Source: Smithellaceae bacterium (GTDB taxonomy: Bacteria; Desulfobacterota; Syntrophia; Syntrophales; Smithellaceae). From it: a stretch of 64,000 nt of DNA. Positions 12,430-24,000 of this stretch are shown piece by piece. Under the pieces are notes generated by a model. The model searched no databases. It saw only the letters and a program-made list of their open reading frames with translations, and was not told the DNA's origin. The translations under genes were made by a program, and so were the position numbers. Every line of letters starts with the position of its first letter. Position 1 is the stretch's first letter. The stretch is from assembly GCA_030690945.1 (NCBI GenBank), contig JAUYFM010000022.1, positions 1,014-65,013 on the forward strand. Direction: 5' to 3'.

Positions 12430-13944
12430 ATGGAAGCAATCAAGGCGGAAGAAATCAGTCAAATTATTTCTGAGCAAATTAAAAGCTATGAAAAAAAGCT
12501 GGATATAAGCGAAACGGGAACTGTCTTGTCCGTCGGTGACGGTATCGCGAGAGTTTACGGTGTGCAAAATGCAATGGTCATGGAGCTTCTCGAATTCCCC
12601 GGCGGTATCCTGGGCATGGTGCTCAATCTGGAAGCGGATAACGTCGGTGTTGCCGTTTTGGGAGAGGTTACGCATATCAAAGAAGGCGATATCGTTAAAA
12701 GAACTGGCAAAATCGCGCAGGTTCCGGTGGGTGAAGGACTGCTCGGCCGTGTCATTGACGCGACGGGAGCACCGCTGGACGGCAAGGGTCCCATCGAGTC
12801 CAACGAGTTTCGCCGTATTGAAATGGTTGCTCCCGGTGTTATTGCACGCCAACCCGTTAATCAGCCGATGTACACGGGCCTCAAGGCCATTGACGCCATG
12901 ACACCGATCGGTCGCGGCCAGCGTGAACTCATTATCGGTGACCGCCAAATTGGTAAAACAGCCATTTGCATCGATGCGATCATTCGCCAGAAAGACACAG
13001 GCGTCAAATGTATCTATGTCGCCATCGGCCAGAAGAAATCCACCGTGGCACAGGTTGTGGAAAAATTAAGGCAGCATGACGCGATGTCTTACACATGCAT
13101 TGTTGCAGGTTGCGCGTCTGACCCGGCAACGCTTCAGTATATCGCGGCTTACGCCGGTTGCAGTATTGGTGAATATTTCAGAGATAAAAGTCAGGATGCA
13201 TTGATTGTTTATGATGACTTGTCTAAACAGGCTGTTGCTTATCGTCAGATTTCACTGCTCTTACGTCGTCCTCCCGGGCGTGAAGCTTACCCCGGCGACA
13301 TTTTCTATAACCACTCCCGTCTGCTGGAACGCTCAGCCCGTGTCAGTCAGGAACTTGGTGGCGGTTCTTTAACGGCATTACCGATTATCGAAACCCAGGC
13401 AGGCGACGTATCGGCATATATTCCCACAAACGTTATTTCGATTACAGACGGCCAGGTTTATCTTGAACCGAGTTCGTTCTTCTCCGGTATCCGCCCGGCT
13501 ATCAACGTCGGTTTGTCCGTGTCCCGCGTCGGCGGCGCCGCCCAGGTGAAGGCGATGAAACAGGTTGCTGGCACGCTGAAACTTGATCTGGCCCAGTTCC
13601 GGGAACTGGCGGCATTTGCCCAATTCGGTTCCGATCTGGACAAATCCACACAAGCGCAGTTGGATCGCGGTGTCCGTCTGGTTGAGTTGCTTAAACAACC
13701 GCAATACCAGCCAATGTCTCTGGGGCAGGAAATTGTCGTGCTGTTTGCGGGAACAAGGGGTTTTATTGATAAAATCGATGTTGATAAAGTCCAGATCTAT
13801 GAAAAGCAGTTGTTAAGTTTTGTTGAAAGCAAGCATCCTGATATTCTTAAAGAAATAGAAGATAAGAAAATTATCTCTCCTGAATTGGAAAAAAAGATGA
13901 AGGAAGCTCTAACGGCTTTCGACTCCGTTTTTGTAGCAGGATAG
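12430..13944 (+). CDS. atpA: F0F1 ATP synthase subunit alpha
   Basis: GDRQIGKT Walker A and conserved alpha-subunit blocks. Confidence 0.97.
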   Translation: MEAIKAEEISQIISEQIKSYEKKLDISETGTVLSVGDGIARVYGVQNAMVMELLEFPGGILGMVLNLEADNVGVAVLGEVTHIKEGDIVKRTGKIAQVPVGEGLLGRVIDATGAPLDGKGPIESNEFRRIEMVAPGVIARQPVNQPMYTGLKAIDAMTPIGRGQRELIIGDRQIGKTAICIDAIIRQKDTGVKCIYVAIGQKKSTVAQVVEKLRQHDAMSYTCIVAGCASDPATLQYIAAYAGCSIGEYFRDKSQDALIVYDDLSKQAVAYRQISLLLRRPPGREAYPGDIFYNHSRLLERSARVSQELGGGSLTALPIIETQAGDVSAYIPTNVISITDGQVYLEPSSFFSGIRPAINVGLSVSRVGGAAQVKAMKQVAGTLKLDLAQFRELAAFAQFGSDLDKSTQAQLDRGVRLVELLKQPQYQPMSLGQEIVVLFAGTRGFIDKIDVDKVQIYEKQLLSFVESKHPDILKEIEDKKIISPELEKKMKEALTAFDSVFVAG

Positions 13945-14035
13945 ATTAGAAAAAATAAAAACTGAATTTATAATAAATTCAGGCAATAGGAAAAAATTTA
14001 AAAAGTTTAAATTAAACAGTTGAGGAGAATTTTCA

Positions 14036-14911
14036 GTGGCCTCGCTTAAAGACATAAAAAGAAAAGTTGGCGCCGTTGCAAAGACGAAGCAAATTACACG
14101 CGCCATGAACATGGTTGCCGCGTCTAAATTTAAATCGGCGCAGTTGAAGATGGAAAATTTCCGGCCTTACGCCGGAAAATTTATGGATGTTCTGAATAGT
14201 GTGGCGTTACGCGTGGAAAGCATGACGCATCCACTGCTGACCGTCCGCGATCCCAAAAAAATCAGGGTTATTTGCATGACGTCCGACCGGGGACTTTGCG
14301 GCGGCTTCAATACAAATCTGATTAAGGCGACTGAACGATTTATAAGAGAGAAGGGCAAAGAAGGCAAAGAGATTGCACTCATCAGTGTCGGCCGGAAAGG
14401 AAGAGATTATTTCCGGAAAAAGGTGAATGTTATTGCACAAAAAGTAGATCTCTTAAGTAAATTTGACATGACATTGGCGGTATCCATTGCTGACGAAGTC
14501 ATTACGCCTTTTATCAAGGAAGAATACGATGAATTGTATTTGATTTATAACCAATTTGTCAATGTTTCCGTCCAAAAGCCTACGGTTGTCCGGTTGTTTC
14601 CTTTGCCGTCGATTGGTCAGGATACTGAAGTTGAGTCTGATAAGCGCTTGGATTATGTTTATGAACCATCGGATGAAGTATTACTGCATAAATTGCTGCC
14701 GATGTATGTTCATGTTTTGGTTTTCCGTGCTCTTCTGGAAACGTCAGCCGGTGAAAATGGCGCGCGCATGGCCTCTATGGATAATGCAACCAGCAACTGT
14801 GAAGAACTGATCAGTACGCTGACTCTGAAAATGAATAAAGCAAGACAGGCGGCTATTACGGCAGAGTTGATGGACATCGTTGGCGGTACGGAAGCTCTGT
14901 CGAAAGGTTAA
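14036..14911 (+). CDS. atpG: F0F1 ATP synthase subunit gamma
   Basis: GTG start; MASLKDIKRKV...TKQITRAMNMVAASK and the C-terminal ITAELMDIVGG. Confidence 0.95.
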   Translation: MASLKDIKRKVGAVAKTKQITRAMNMVAASKFKSAQLKMENFRPYAGKFMDVLNSVALRVESMTHPLLTVRDPKKIRVICMTSDRGLCGGFNTNLIKATERFIREKGKEGKEIALISVGRKGRDYFRKKVNVIAQKVDLLSKFDMTLAVSIADEVITPFIKEEYDELYLIYNQFVNVSVQKPTVVRLFPLPSIGQDTEVESDKRLDYVYEPSDEVLLHKLLPMYVHVLVFRALLETSAGENGARMASMDNATSNCEELISTLTLKMNKARQAAITAELMDIVGGTEALSKG

Positions 14912-16378
<1,467 letters not shown>

Positions 16379-16393
16379 TAAGCGAGGATTTCA

Positions 16394-16804
16394 ATGTCGG
16401 ATGAATTAATTCTTGAAGTGGTGACGCCGGAGAAAATGGTTTTTTCCGGAAAAGTCGATGAAGTTACTATCCCCGGAACAGAAGGTGATTTTGGTGTGTT
16501 GCGAGGCCATGAACCCTTCTTAACCTTTGTGGATATTGGAGAACTTTATTATCTTGCCAGTGGTAAAAAAACATATTATGCCGTCAATACCGGTTACGCG
16601 GAAGTAACGGGGGGTAAGGTCACTGTGTTGATTGAGACAGCGGAAAGAGCCGATGCGATTGACAAGGACAGGGCAAATAAGGCAAAAGAAAAAGCAACAG
16701 CCAGCTTGTCGCAGCTGACAAAAGAACATGACGAATATGAAAAAATGCATTTAGCTCTTACCCGGGCTATTAACCGGATTAGCATTGCTGATAAATTCTC
16801 ATAA
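16394..16804 (+). CDS. atpC: F0F1 ATP synthase subunit epsilon
   Basis: The N-terminal beta-sandwich sequence [13 protein letters not shown] is typical of epsilon, and the gene is last in the operon. Confidence 0.9.
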   Translation: MSDELILEVVTPEKMVFSGKVDEVTIPGTEGDFGVLRGHEPFLTFVDIGELYYLASGKKTYYAVNTGYAEVTGGKVTVLIETAERADAIDKDRANKAKEKATASLSQLTKEHDEYEKMHLALTRAINRISIADKFS

Positions 16805-16832
16805 AACTCATTCGTCGCAATACTGATAAAAA

Positions 16833-16866
16833 AGGCAGCTCATTACGCTATGGACTGCCTTTTTTA
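16833..16866 (+). terminator. Terminator of the atp operon
   Basis: AAAGGCAG...CTGCCTTT stem followed by TTTTT. Confidence 0.55.
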
Positions 16867-16874
16867 TCAGTATC

Positions 16875-16988
16875 ATACCAAGTCGCCGTCAAAAGTCAAC
16901 AGTAGTATGGGTCTTTAGACCCGTTAAACACGCGAACCTAAAGGTTCGGACTACATTGATTTGTTACCCTTTGAATGCAACTTGGTAT
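16875..16988. repeat. Structured intergenic repeat element, copy 1 (114 bp, MITE/Correia-like architecture)
   Basis: Terminal inverted repeats ATACCAAGT...ACTTGGTAT, an inner GTAGT/ACTAC stem, and two hairpins GGGTC-ttta-GACCC and CGAACC-taaa-GGTTCG. The homologous copy lies at 31915-32064. Confidence 0.75.
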
Positions 16989-17027
16989 CAGTATTTGTCT
17001 GTGTGGCTTTTGGGGTATTGTAATTGC

Positions 17028-17501
17028 TTATTCAACTGAAATATCAATAATTTGAAAGTTGCGGGTTCCTCCAGGAGTTTTAACGACAATTTCATTATCG
17101 ATGCCCTTTCCGATCAATGCTCTGCCGATCGGTGACGTCACGGATATTTTGTTTTGATTGATATCCGATTCAAAAGGGCCAACCAATTGATATTTAATTT
17201 CCTCGCCGTCGTCGCTATCGGCGATGATTACAAAACATCCGAATACTACTTTACCGCTGACCTTTCCAGGTAACGGTATGATGTTGGAGGAAGCCAGATT
17301 GTTTTCTATTTCCTGTGATTTGCCGTATAGATAGGACTGACGTTCTTTTGCTGCGGAGTATTCTGCGTTTTCGGAAAGATCACCATGAGCTCTCGCAATT
17401 TCAATATCTTTAATATTCTCCGGAATGGAGACATTTTTAATGGTTTCCAATTCTTTTTTTAATTTTTCGAAACCCTCTTTGGTTATGGGCATTTTCTCCA
17501 T
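17028..17501 (-). CDS. greA: Transcription elongation factor GreA
   Basis: MEKMPITKEGFEKLKKELE..., the AREHGDLSENAEY-like block ARAHGDLSENAEYSAAKE, and a C-terminal FKBP-like domain. Confidence 0.93.
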   Translation of the reverse strand: MEKMPITKEGFEKLKKELETIKNVSIPENIKDIEIARAHGDLSENAEYSAAKERQSYLYGKSQEIENNLASSNIIPLPGKVSGKVVFGCFVIIADSDDGEEIKYQLVGPFESDINQNKISVTSPIGRALIGKGIDNEIVVKTPGGTRNFQIIDISVE

Positions 17502-17850
17502 AGTTTCTCCAGATGATTTGGCCTTGCTCTGACGTGATCGCTTGGTTCAACAACAGGCAGGAAACTCGATTCATTTTCGTTTAAACGAGAAATAGCGTCA
17601 TGTCAAGAAACATTTCACTTTTTGTTTCGAGGGCATATATAACAATCATAGGTTTTGAATGATTTGCCTGAATCAACCACCTCGCCAAACTGTCGAGGTA
17701 TGAAATGAACGTCCTTATTCCGCGAGCTCGCTACGGAGAATGAACGCTCGTCCCGCTTAAGCGGGATTCAAAATGCAGAAGTTGTTTTGTCGGAAAGTTT
17801 ATGTTAATGAACGTCGGTCAGATAATTAAAGGAGTCTTTAGGTTCAAGCC

Positions 17851-18843
17851 ATGCTGGATAAATACGACAGGGACATAAATTATCTGCGGGTTTCAATCAC
17901 GGACCGATGCAATTTGCATTGCACGTATTGCCGGCCTAAAGAAGGAATTTCGCTGAAGGGGCATGACGATATTCTCCGGTATGAAGAAATTATCCGCATC
18001 GTTTCCCAGGCGGTTAAAATGGGTCTGGTCAAGGTTCGGTTAACCGGGGGCGAGCCGCTCGTCCGCCGTGGCTTTGCCGAATTTGCCGCTGCATTAAAGC
18101 AGACACAAGGTCTTCAGGACATCAGTTTAACGACTAACGGCATTCTGCTGGATCAATATGCAGAAGACATATTCAAGGCCGGAATCACCAGAATCAATAT
18201 CAGTCTTGATTCCCTGGATAAAGACAAGTACTTCCAAATAACCCGGGGCGGTCATCTTGACGATGTGTTTCGGGGCATTGCCGCCGCGGAAAAGGCTGGT
18301 TTTTCGCCCATAAAAATTAACGCGGTTGTGATAAAAGGTTTCAATGATGATGAGGTGCTCGATTTTGCGCAATTGGCGCTGAAGAAACCCTTCCAGATTC
18401 GATTTATCGAAATTATGCCGGTAAGTTCGGTAAACGCTAACCAACCGGAAGATTTTATGCCGACGAATCAACTATTCGACAGAATTTGCAAACACTTCAA
18501 ACTTGAACCCTTAGCGGGCAAGAAAAACAAAACAGATGGTCCGGCCAAAATATATAAGGTTAAAGGCGGACCAGGCGAGATTGGCTTTATTAATCCGGTG
18601 AGCGACCATTTTTGTTCGACCTGCAACCGCCTGCGCTTAACGGCGGACGGCAAATTACGCGCCTGCCTGCTCAAGGATGAAGAAATCGATTTAAGAGCGG
18701 CTTTGAGTCGTCATTGTAATGACGACGAACTGGCCGCCCTTATCCAACAAGCGATTTTACTGAAGCCGGAAAAACACGACCTGGATTGCACGGACAGGCA
18801 TCTGAAAAAATGTCACCGTGATATGTCGGACATTGGCGGATGA
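17851..18843 (+). CDS. moaA: GTP 3',8-cyclase MoaA (radical SAM)
   Basis: YLRVSITDRCNLHCTYC (CxxxCxxC) and the C-terminal CxxCNRLRLTADGKLRxCL cluster motif. Confidence 0.93.
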   Translation: MLDKYDRDINYLRVSITDRCNLHCTYCRPKEGISLKGHDDILRYEEIIRIVSQAVKMGLVKVRLTGGEPLVRRGFAEFAAALKQTQGLQDISLTTNGILLDQYAEDIFKAGITRINISLDSLDKDKYFQITRGGHLDDVFRGIAAAEKAGFSPIKINAVVIKGFNDDEVLDFAQLALKKPFQIRFIEIMPVSSVNANQPEDFMPTNQLFDRICKHFKLEPLAGKKNKTDGPAKIYKVKGGPGEIGFINPVSDHFCSTCNRLRLTADGKLRACLLKDEEIDLRAALSRHCNDDELAALIQQAILLKPEKHDLDCTDRHLKKCHRDMSDIGG

Positions 18844-18983
18844 ACAATACGTTGATGCAATAATCTGGATTTTGAGTATAATAAACCAAGCGTTGATGTT
18901 TGTATAAGCAGAATTTCGTATGAGCGGATAGCGTTGCGGGGAAATTTATAAGTAATGCAGCAATTGATGAGGGGGTTGGCTTC

Positions 18984-19766
18984 ATGTTGTTCGATCCAAT
19001 TCAGGCCGCTTCAGAGAACCAATGGCTGGAAACTGAACCGGGCCGATATATATTTTCCCGGCAGGAGAAGTTAATTCTGGAGTTGGTGTCTCCTTTGGCC
19101 GGTGAAGCATTGCTGGATGTGGGGTGCGGGACAGGGAACTATTTGCGTTTGTTCCAGCAGAAAAATTGTATCCTGACGGGGATTGACTCATCAGATACTG
19201 CTCTGGCGTTAGCTCGAAATAAACTCGGTCATCGATGCGAATTGGTCCAGGGAAACGCCACAGATCTTCCTTTTTCCGATAATGAATTTGATGTGGTCAC
19301 TTTAATCAATGGTCTGCAGGCCGCGGATGATCCTCGCAAAGTTATGGCGGAAGCCGTCCGGGTCAGCCGCAGCCGCGTTTTTGTCGGGTTTTTCAATAAA
19401 CATTCTCTTGCAGGAATACAGCAATCCGTGCGGAAGCTTTTTGGTTTTTCCGTCACCTCAGCCATGCGTTTTTTCACCATCGGTGAAATGCAATCCATTA
19501 TCAACAAAACAATGGCGACTCCTTCTGTCACCTGGGGGTCCGTGATTTATTTCCCTTATCCGGTTTATACATTTTTTTCGGAGTTTGAAGAACTTTTCCC
19601 CATGAAAAATAACCCTCTGGGAGCGTTTGTCGGCATGGTATTTCCAGTCAGATATACCTATCGAACTGCGCAAAATCCCATCATGAATTCATTCGAACTG
19701 AAAACGAAAACGCAGGCGGCAGCTCCGGAAGCTGTTCGGGGCATGCTGCAAGAGAGAGAGCAATGA
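18984..19766 (+). CDS. Class I SAM-dependent methyltransferase
   Basis: LLDVGCGTGNY is SAM-binding motif I, and FDVVT is a motif II-like segment. Confidence 0.75.
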   Translation: MLFDPIQAASENQWLETEPGRYIFSRQEKLILELVSPLAGEALLDVGCGTGNYLRLFQQKNCILTGIDSSDTALALARNKLGHRCELVQGNATDLPFSDNEFDVVTLINGLQAADDPRKVMAEAVRVSRSRVFVGFFNKHSLAGIQQSVRKLFGFSVTSAMRFFTIGEMQSIINKTMATPSVTWGSVIYFPYPVYTFFSEFEELFPMKNNPLGAFVGMVFPVRYTYRTAQNPIMNSFELKTKTQAAAPEAVRGMLQEREQ

Positions 19767-20773
19767 TTCGCGAAGCATTGCTTTATGAAAAGCTTACCGA
19801 TTCCCGCGTGCAGTGCGCATTATGCGCTCACCGGTGTAAAATCAACTCCGGTCGGCGTGGCTTGTGCGGTGTCAGAGAAAATAAGGATGGTATTCTGTAC
19901 TCCCTGGTTTTTGGGACTCTGATTGCCGAGCACGTTGATCCTATTGAAAAGAAGCCGTTTTTTCACGCTTATCCAGCGTCGCGCTCCTATTCTATTGCCA
20001 CCGTCGGCTGCAATTTCAGTTGCGACTTTTGCCAAAATCATGAAATATCTCAAATGCCCCGTTCTACCCTTATGATTACAGGCGAAGATACCGCGCCTAC
20101 GGTCATTGTGGAGCGCTCCCAAAAAAACGGTTGTAAAACAATCGCTTATACTTATACGGAACCGACTGTTTATTTGGAAACCGCTCTGGAAACCGCAAAG
20201 ATCGCCCGCCGGGAGGGTCTCAAAAATGTGTTTGTGACGAATGGTTTTATGACGCCGGAAGCTGTTGAAATGATGGCGCCTTATCTTGACGCCGCCAATG
20301 TGGATTTAAAGTCTTTTCGCGATGGGTTTTATAAGAAACAATGTGGCGCGAGACTCAATCCGGTTCTGGACAGTTTGAAGGAAATGAAGAATCGTGGAAT
20401 ATGGATTGAAATCACAACGTTGCTTATTCCAGGATTGAACGATTCTCTCGAAGAATTAAAGGATATTGCCGCTTTTATTGCCAGTCTTGGTTCGGAAACG
20501 CCCTGGCATATTAGCAGGTTCCATCCGCAGTTTAAAATGCTCAAGGTGCCTCCAACCCCTGTTGCCTTGCTGCATCGCGCCCGTCATATCGGTAAAGAAG
20601 CCGGCTTAAAGTATGTGTATAGCGGTAATGTGCCGGGCGACGAGGGTGAAAACACCTATTGCTCAAATTGCAACAAACTTTTAATTAATCGTTATAGCTA
20701 TAGAGTTGTTGCTAGTCATCTATCGGGGAATTCATGTCCCTATTGTGGGAAGGAACTGGAAGGCATTTTTTAA
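19763..20773 (+). CDS. AmmeMemoRadiSam-system-type radical SAM enzyme
   Basis: ATGA overlap with the methyltransferase. N-terminal VQCALCAHRCKINSGRRGLCGVRENKDG, EKKPFFH, and GCNFSCDFCQN (CxxxCxxC). Confidence 0.8.
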   Translation: MIREALLYEKLTDSRVQCALCAHRCKINSGRRGLCGVRENKDGILYSLVFGTLIAEHVDPIEKKPFFHAYPASRSYSIATVGCNFSCDFCQNHEISQMPRSTLMITGEDTAPTVIVERSQKNGCKTIAYTYTEPTVYLETALETAKIARREGLKNVFVTNGFMTPEAVEMMAPYLDAANVDLKSFRDGFYKKQCGARLNPVLDSLKEMKNRGIWIEITTLLIPGLNDSLEELKDIAAFIASLGSETPWHISRFHPQFKMLKVPPTPVALLHRARHIGKEAGLKYVYSGNVPGDEGENTYCSNCNKLLINRYSYRVVASHLSGNSCPYCGKELEGIF

Positions 20774-20907
20774 AGGATTTTCTCAAAAAGTGATCCGCTA
20801 GGGTTTCCGGTTTAAATTTCCATGTTTTCTCAGCCAATTTTTTCTCCATACCGCCTTTTCCTTAAATCCCATTTTTCTTGTCCCAATGATCAAAGCACTA
20901 TATATTG

Positions 20908-20916
20908 TGGTATAAT
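20908..20916 (+). promoter_or_regulatory. Candidate extended -10 promoter upstream of smc
   Basis: TGgTATAAT sits about 98 nt upstream of the smc ATG, but there is no good -35. Confidence 0.3.
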
Positions 20917-21013
20917 TTTTTTATGAATACATTTTGTTGTATTTTCGCTTTACAAAGGAAATATCTTTTGTTAGACTTCTTTAAAATTTAAACACTTCGA
21001 TTAAAGATACGTC

Positions 21014-24000
21014 ATGAAACTAAAACGGCTGGAACTAACAGGTTTCAAATCTTTCCGCGACAAGGTTGTTATTGATTTTTCCAAAGGGGTCAATGCGGTT
21101 GTCGGGCCCAATGGCTGTGGAAAATCAAACGTGGTCGATGCGATCCGCTGGGTGATGGGCGAGCAGCGAGTCAAAGCATTGCGCGGAAAGAAAATGGACG
21201 ACGTGGTCTTTAACGGCAGTGAGGACGCTGCCCCCGTGAGCATGGCGGAAGTCGTCATGATGCTGGCCAGTAACGGATCGAGCTTTCCGGGTGTTTACGG
21301 CGAATTAACGGAAGTATCCATTTCACGCAAAGTTATCCTGGACGGTGACAGCGAATACTGCATCAATCGCGTGCCCTGCCGTCTGCTCGATATCAAAGAG
21401 TTCTTTATGGGCACGGGTGTCGGCGCCCGAACTTATTCATTGGTCGAGCAAGGTTCCGTGTCCTCTCTGGTGGAAGCCAAACCGGAAGACCGCCGCTTGT
21501 TTATCGAAGATGCGGCCGGCGTGTCCAAATACAAAAGCCGCAAAGATGCCGCTGTTCGTAAGATGGAGGCGACCAAACAGAATATTTTGCGTCTTAACGA
21601 TATCCACAAGGAAGTCAAATCCCAGCTTGGCGCCATAGCCCGGCAGGCTAAAAAAGCTGAACAATACAAAGAAGTAAAACTGCGCATTAAAGAGACGGAA
21701 CTGGTTTTGTCCCGGCAGGGATTTGCCAAACTGGCCGAGAAAAACGTCGCGCTGCAGGACGCGCGTGTGCGGCTCTCCGAGCAGGCTGAAGCCATCAAAA
21801 CTCACATGGAGGCGAAGGAATCCGCTCTGGAAGAAATGAAGGCGAAGCTGCTGGAAAACGATGAACTGATCAGCCGCCATCAAACCGAACTCTATGAAAT
21901 TAAGAATTCGATTAACATCAAGGAAAAGAATATTGAGTTTTCGCGCCGCCGAATGACGGAAGCCTCGGAACGCAAACAAAAAAATCAGGCTGAAATCGAT
22001 TCAATGGAGCATAAGAAGTCGAGTCTGACGGTTGAGATTGAAAATCTGCAAAAGAAAGCTGCGGACGCTTTTAACCAGATGACCCAGCTGCAACAGGACC
22101 TGGATGAAGGACAGCAAAAGGTTCAAGGGCTCCTGGAAGGCGACCGGGAAATTAACAGCCGGCTGGAAGAACATAAAATCCGTTACATTGATGTGATGCA
22201 GGATTTGGCCAAGTTCAACAATATCATTGCGAGCCTCAACAAAAACATGGAGGATTTCCGGAAGCGCGAAGAGAGGGAAATCCGTGAAATCGAGCAGGAC
22301 AAAAACAGGTTTGCCGAACTGACGGATAAACTACAATTGCTTACCGAGGGCCTGGCGGCGGAAGAAGAAGAAATTACCCGGCTTGCAGAGCAGAAAGAAA
22401 CAACCGCCGACGAATTGGACAGAGCCAAATCGGATTTGCAGATGGTCGAAGAGCGAATCACGCAAATCAAAGAAGAGGCGGGCGGCAAGTCATCTCGTCT
22501 GCAATCGCTTTCGGAATTTCAGGCCGCTTTTAAATGGTCCAACGAAGGCGTGAAAAAGGTTATTGAAACGCAGGAAAGTCCGAACACGTTTTACGGCGTG
22601 GTGGCCGATCACATCAATGTGCCACGCGAATATGAATCGGCCGTGGAAGCGGTGCTGGGCGACAAGCTGCAATACGTCGTTGTGAAAAATCAGGAAGAAG
22701 GCGTGCGCGCCATTGACTATTTAAAAAGTTATCAGCTGGGCCGAGGCAGTTTCGTGCCGGTGGAGTTGCGCGGTCATAGCGCTGATACATATAGCGCCGA
22801 GCACCTCCAGGAAGCGGAGCCTCTGCTGCGCAAAGTGATTGTTGAGGAAGAATTCAAGCAGATTGCCGATTGTCTGTTAGGGGATGTCTTATTAACACCG
22901 TCGATTGCCACAGGCATTACCCTATGGAAGAAAAACGGCTTTCGGGGCACCTTTGTGACGCCGGACGGCGATACCATCAGCCCGCACGGCGTGTTGACCG
23001 GCGGCAGCGGATCGGCTGTGGAAAAAAGTCTGTTGGCGACGAAAAGAGAAATCGCGGAACTGGTAACGGAAGTTTCCAGGCTTTCCGTCGAACTGGAAGA
23101 TCAAATTCAGGAAAAGAAGAAACTGGTTTTGTCGATTACCCGCTGGGATGAAGAACTCACCGGATTGAAAAACAGGGCGCACCGGCTGGAGATAGATATG
23201 AACGGCCGGAAAAAGGATATGGAACGTTTCGAAGATGAAACGGGACGATTAAAACAGAGAATTGCCGTCCTCGAATACAACCGTCAGAATATTAAAACAG
23301 AAGAGGCCCAGGCCGAACAAAAATTGCTTGAGATCAAAGCGGATGTTCTTCGGAAAGAAGCGGCGGAAAAAGAGCTCAACGAAATCATTTCCGTATTCAA
23401 TAACCGCCGGCAGCAATCGCGAGCGGCCATTGACGCGCAGGAAAGGCTTCTCACGGATAAAAAAGTTCTGCTGGCCTCCCTGGCGGAGAAGAAGGAAGCG
23501 GATCTGAGAACCGTCGCGCGATTGCAGCATGATAGCAGCGTCAATGAAAGTGAAGTTGCGCGCAAACAAGAAGAGATTATTTCCTGTGAACGCCAGATGG
23601 CCGAGTTGACCTCCGCCGTTGAAACGGATCAGACGGCCCTGCAAGAGCTTTACCGGAATCTGGCCTCCTGCGAAACCGTATTGGCCGAAGTGAAGGAAAA
23701 GCGGGCGAAGGAAGACGACCTGCTGAAGGTTCAGGAAAACGATATTCGGGATATCAAAAAGAAGCTTGATGATTTGCGCCGGCAAGTGAACGAACTGGAA
23801 ATGCAGTGCCGTGAAGTGGCTTTGAGCATCGAGAATCTGCAAAACGTGGTCGCTGAAAAACATAATGTTGATCTGGCGGCCATAATGACGGACTTCACGA
23901 TGGTGGACGATGACAGAATTGCCGAACTTACCGCCCTCTTGGAAAAAGATAAGCAGACGATTGAAAATTTTGGCGAGGTGAATCTGCTGGCGCTCAATGA

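Noticed and set aside
16864-16995. 8-bp TATCAGTA on both sides of repeat copy 1 as a target-site duplication.
   Set aside because: It is not reproduced at copy 2, where only a TA dinucleotide is shared, so I do not claim a TSD length.
17600-17850. Moco riboswitch upstream of moaA.
   Set aside because: It is expected from context, but I could not align the conserved Moco-motif core by eye. I left it as a check (RF01055 scan) rather than a feature.
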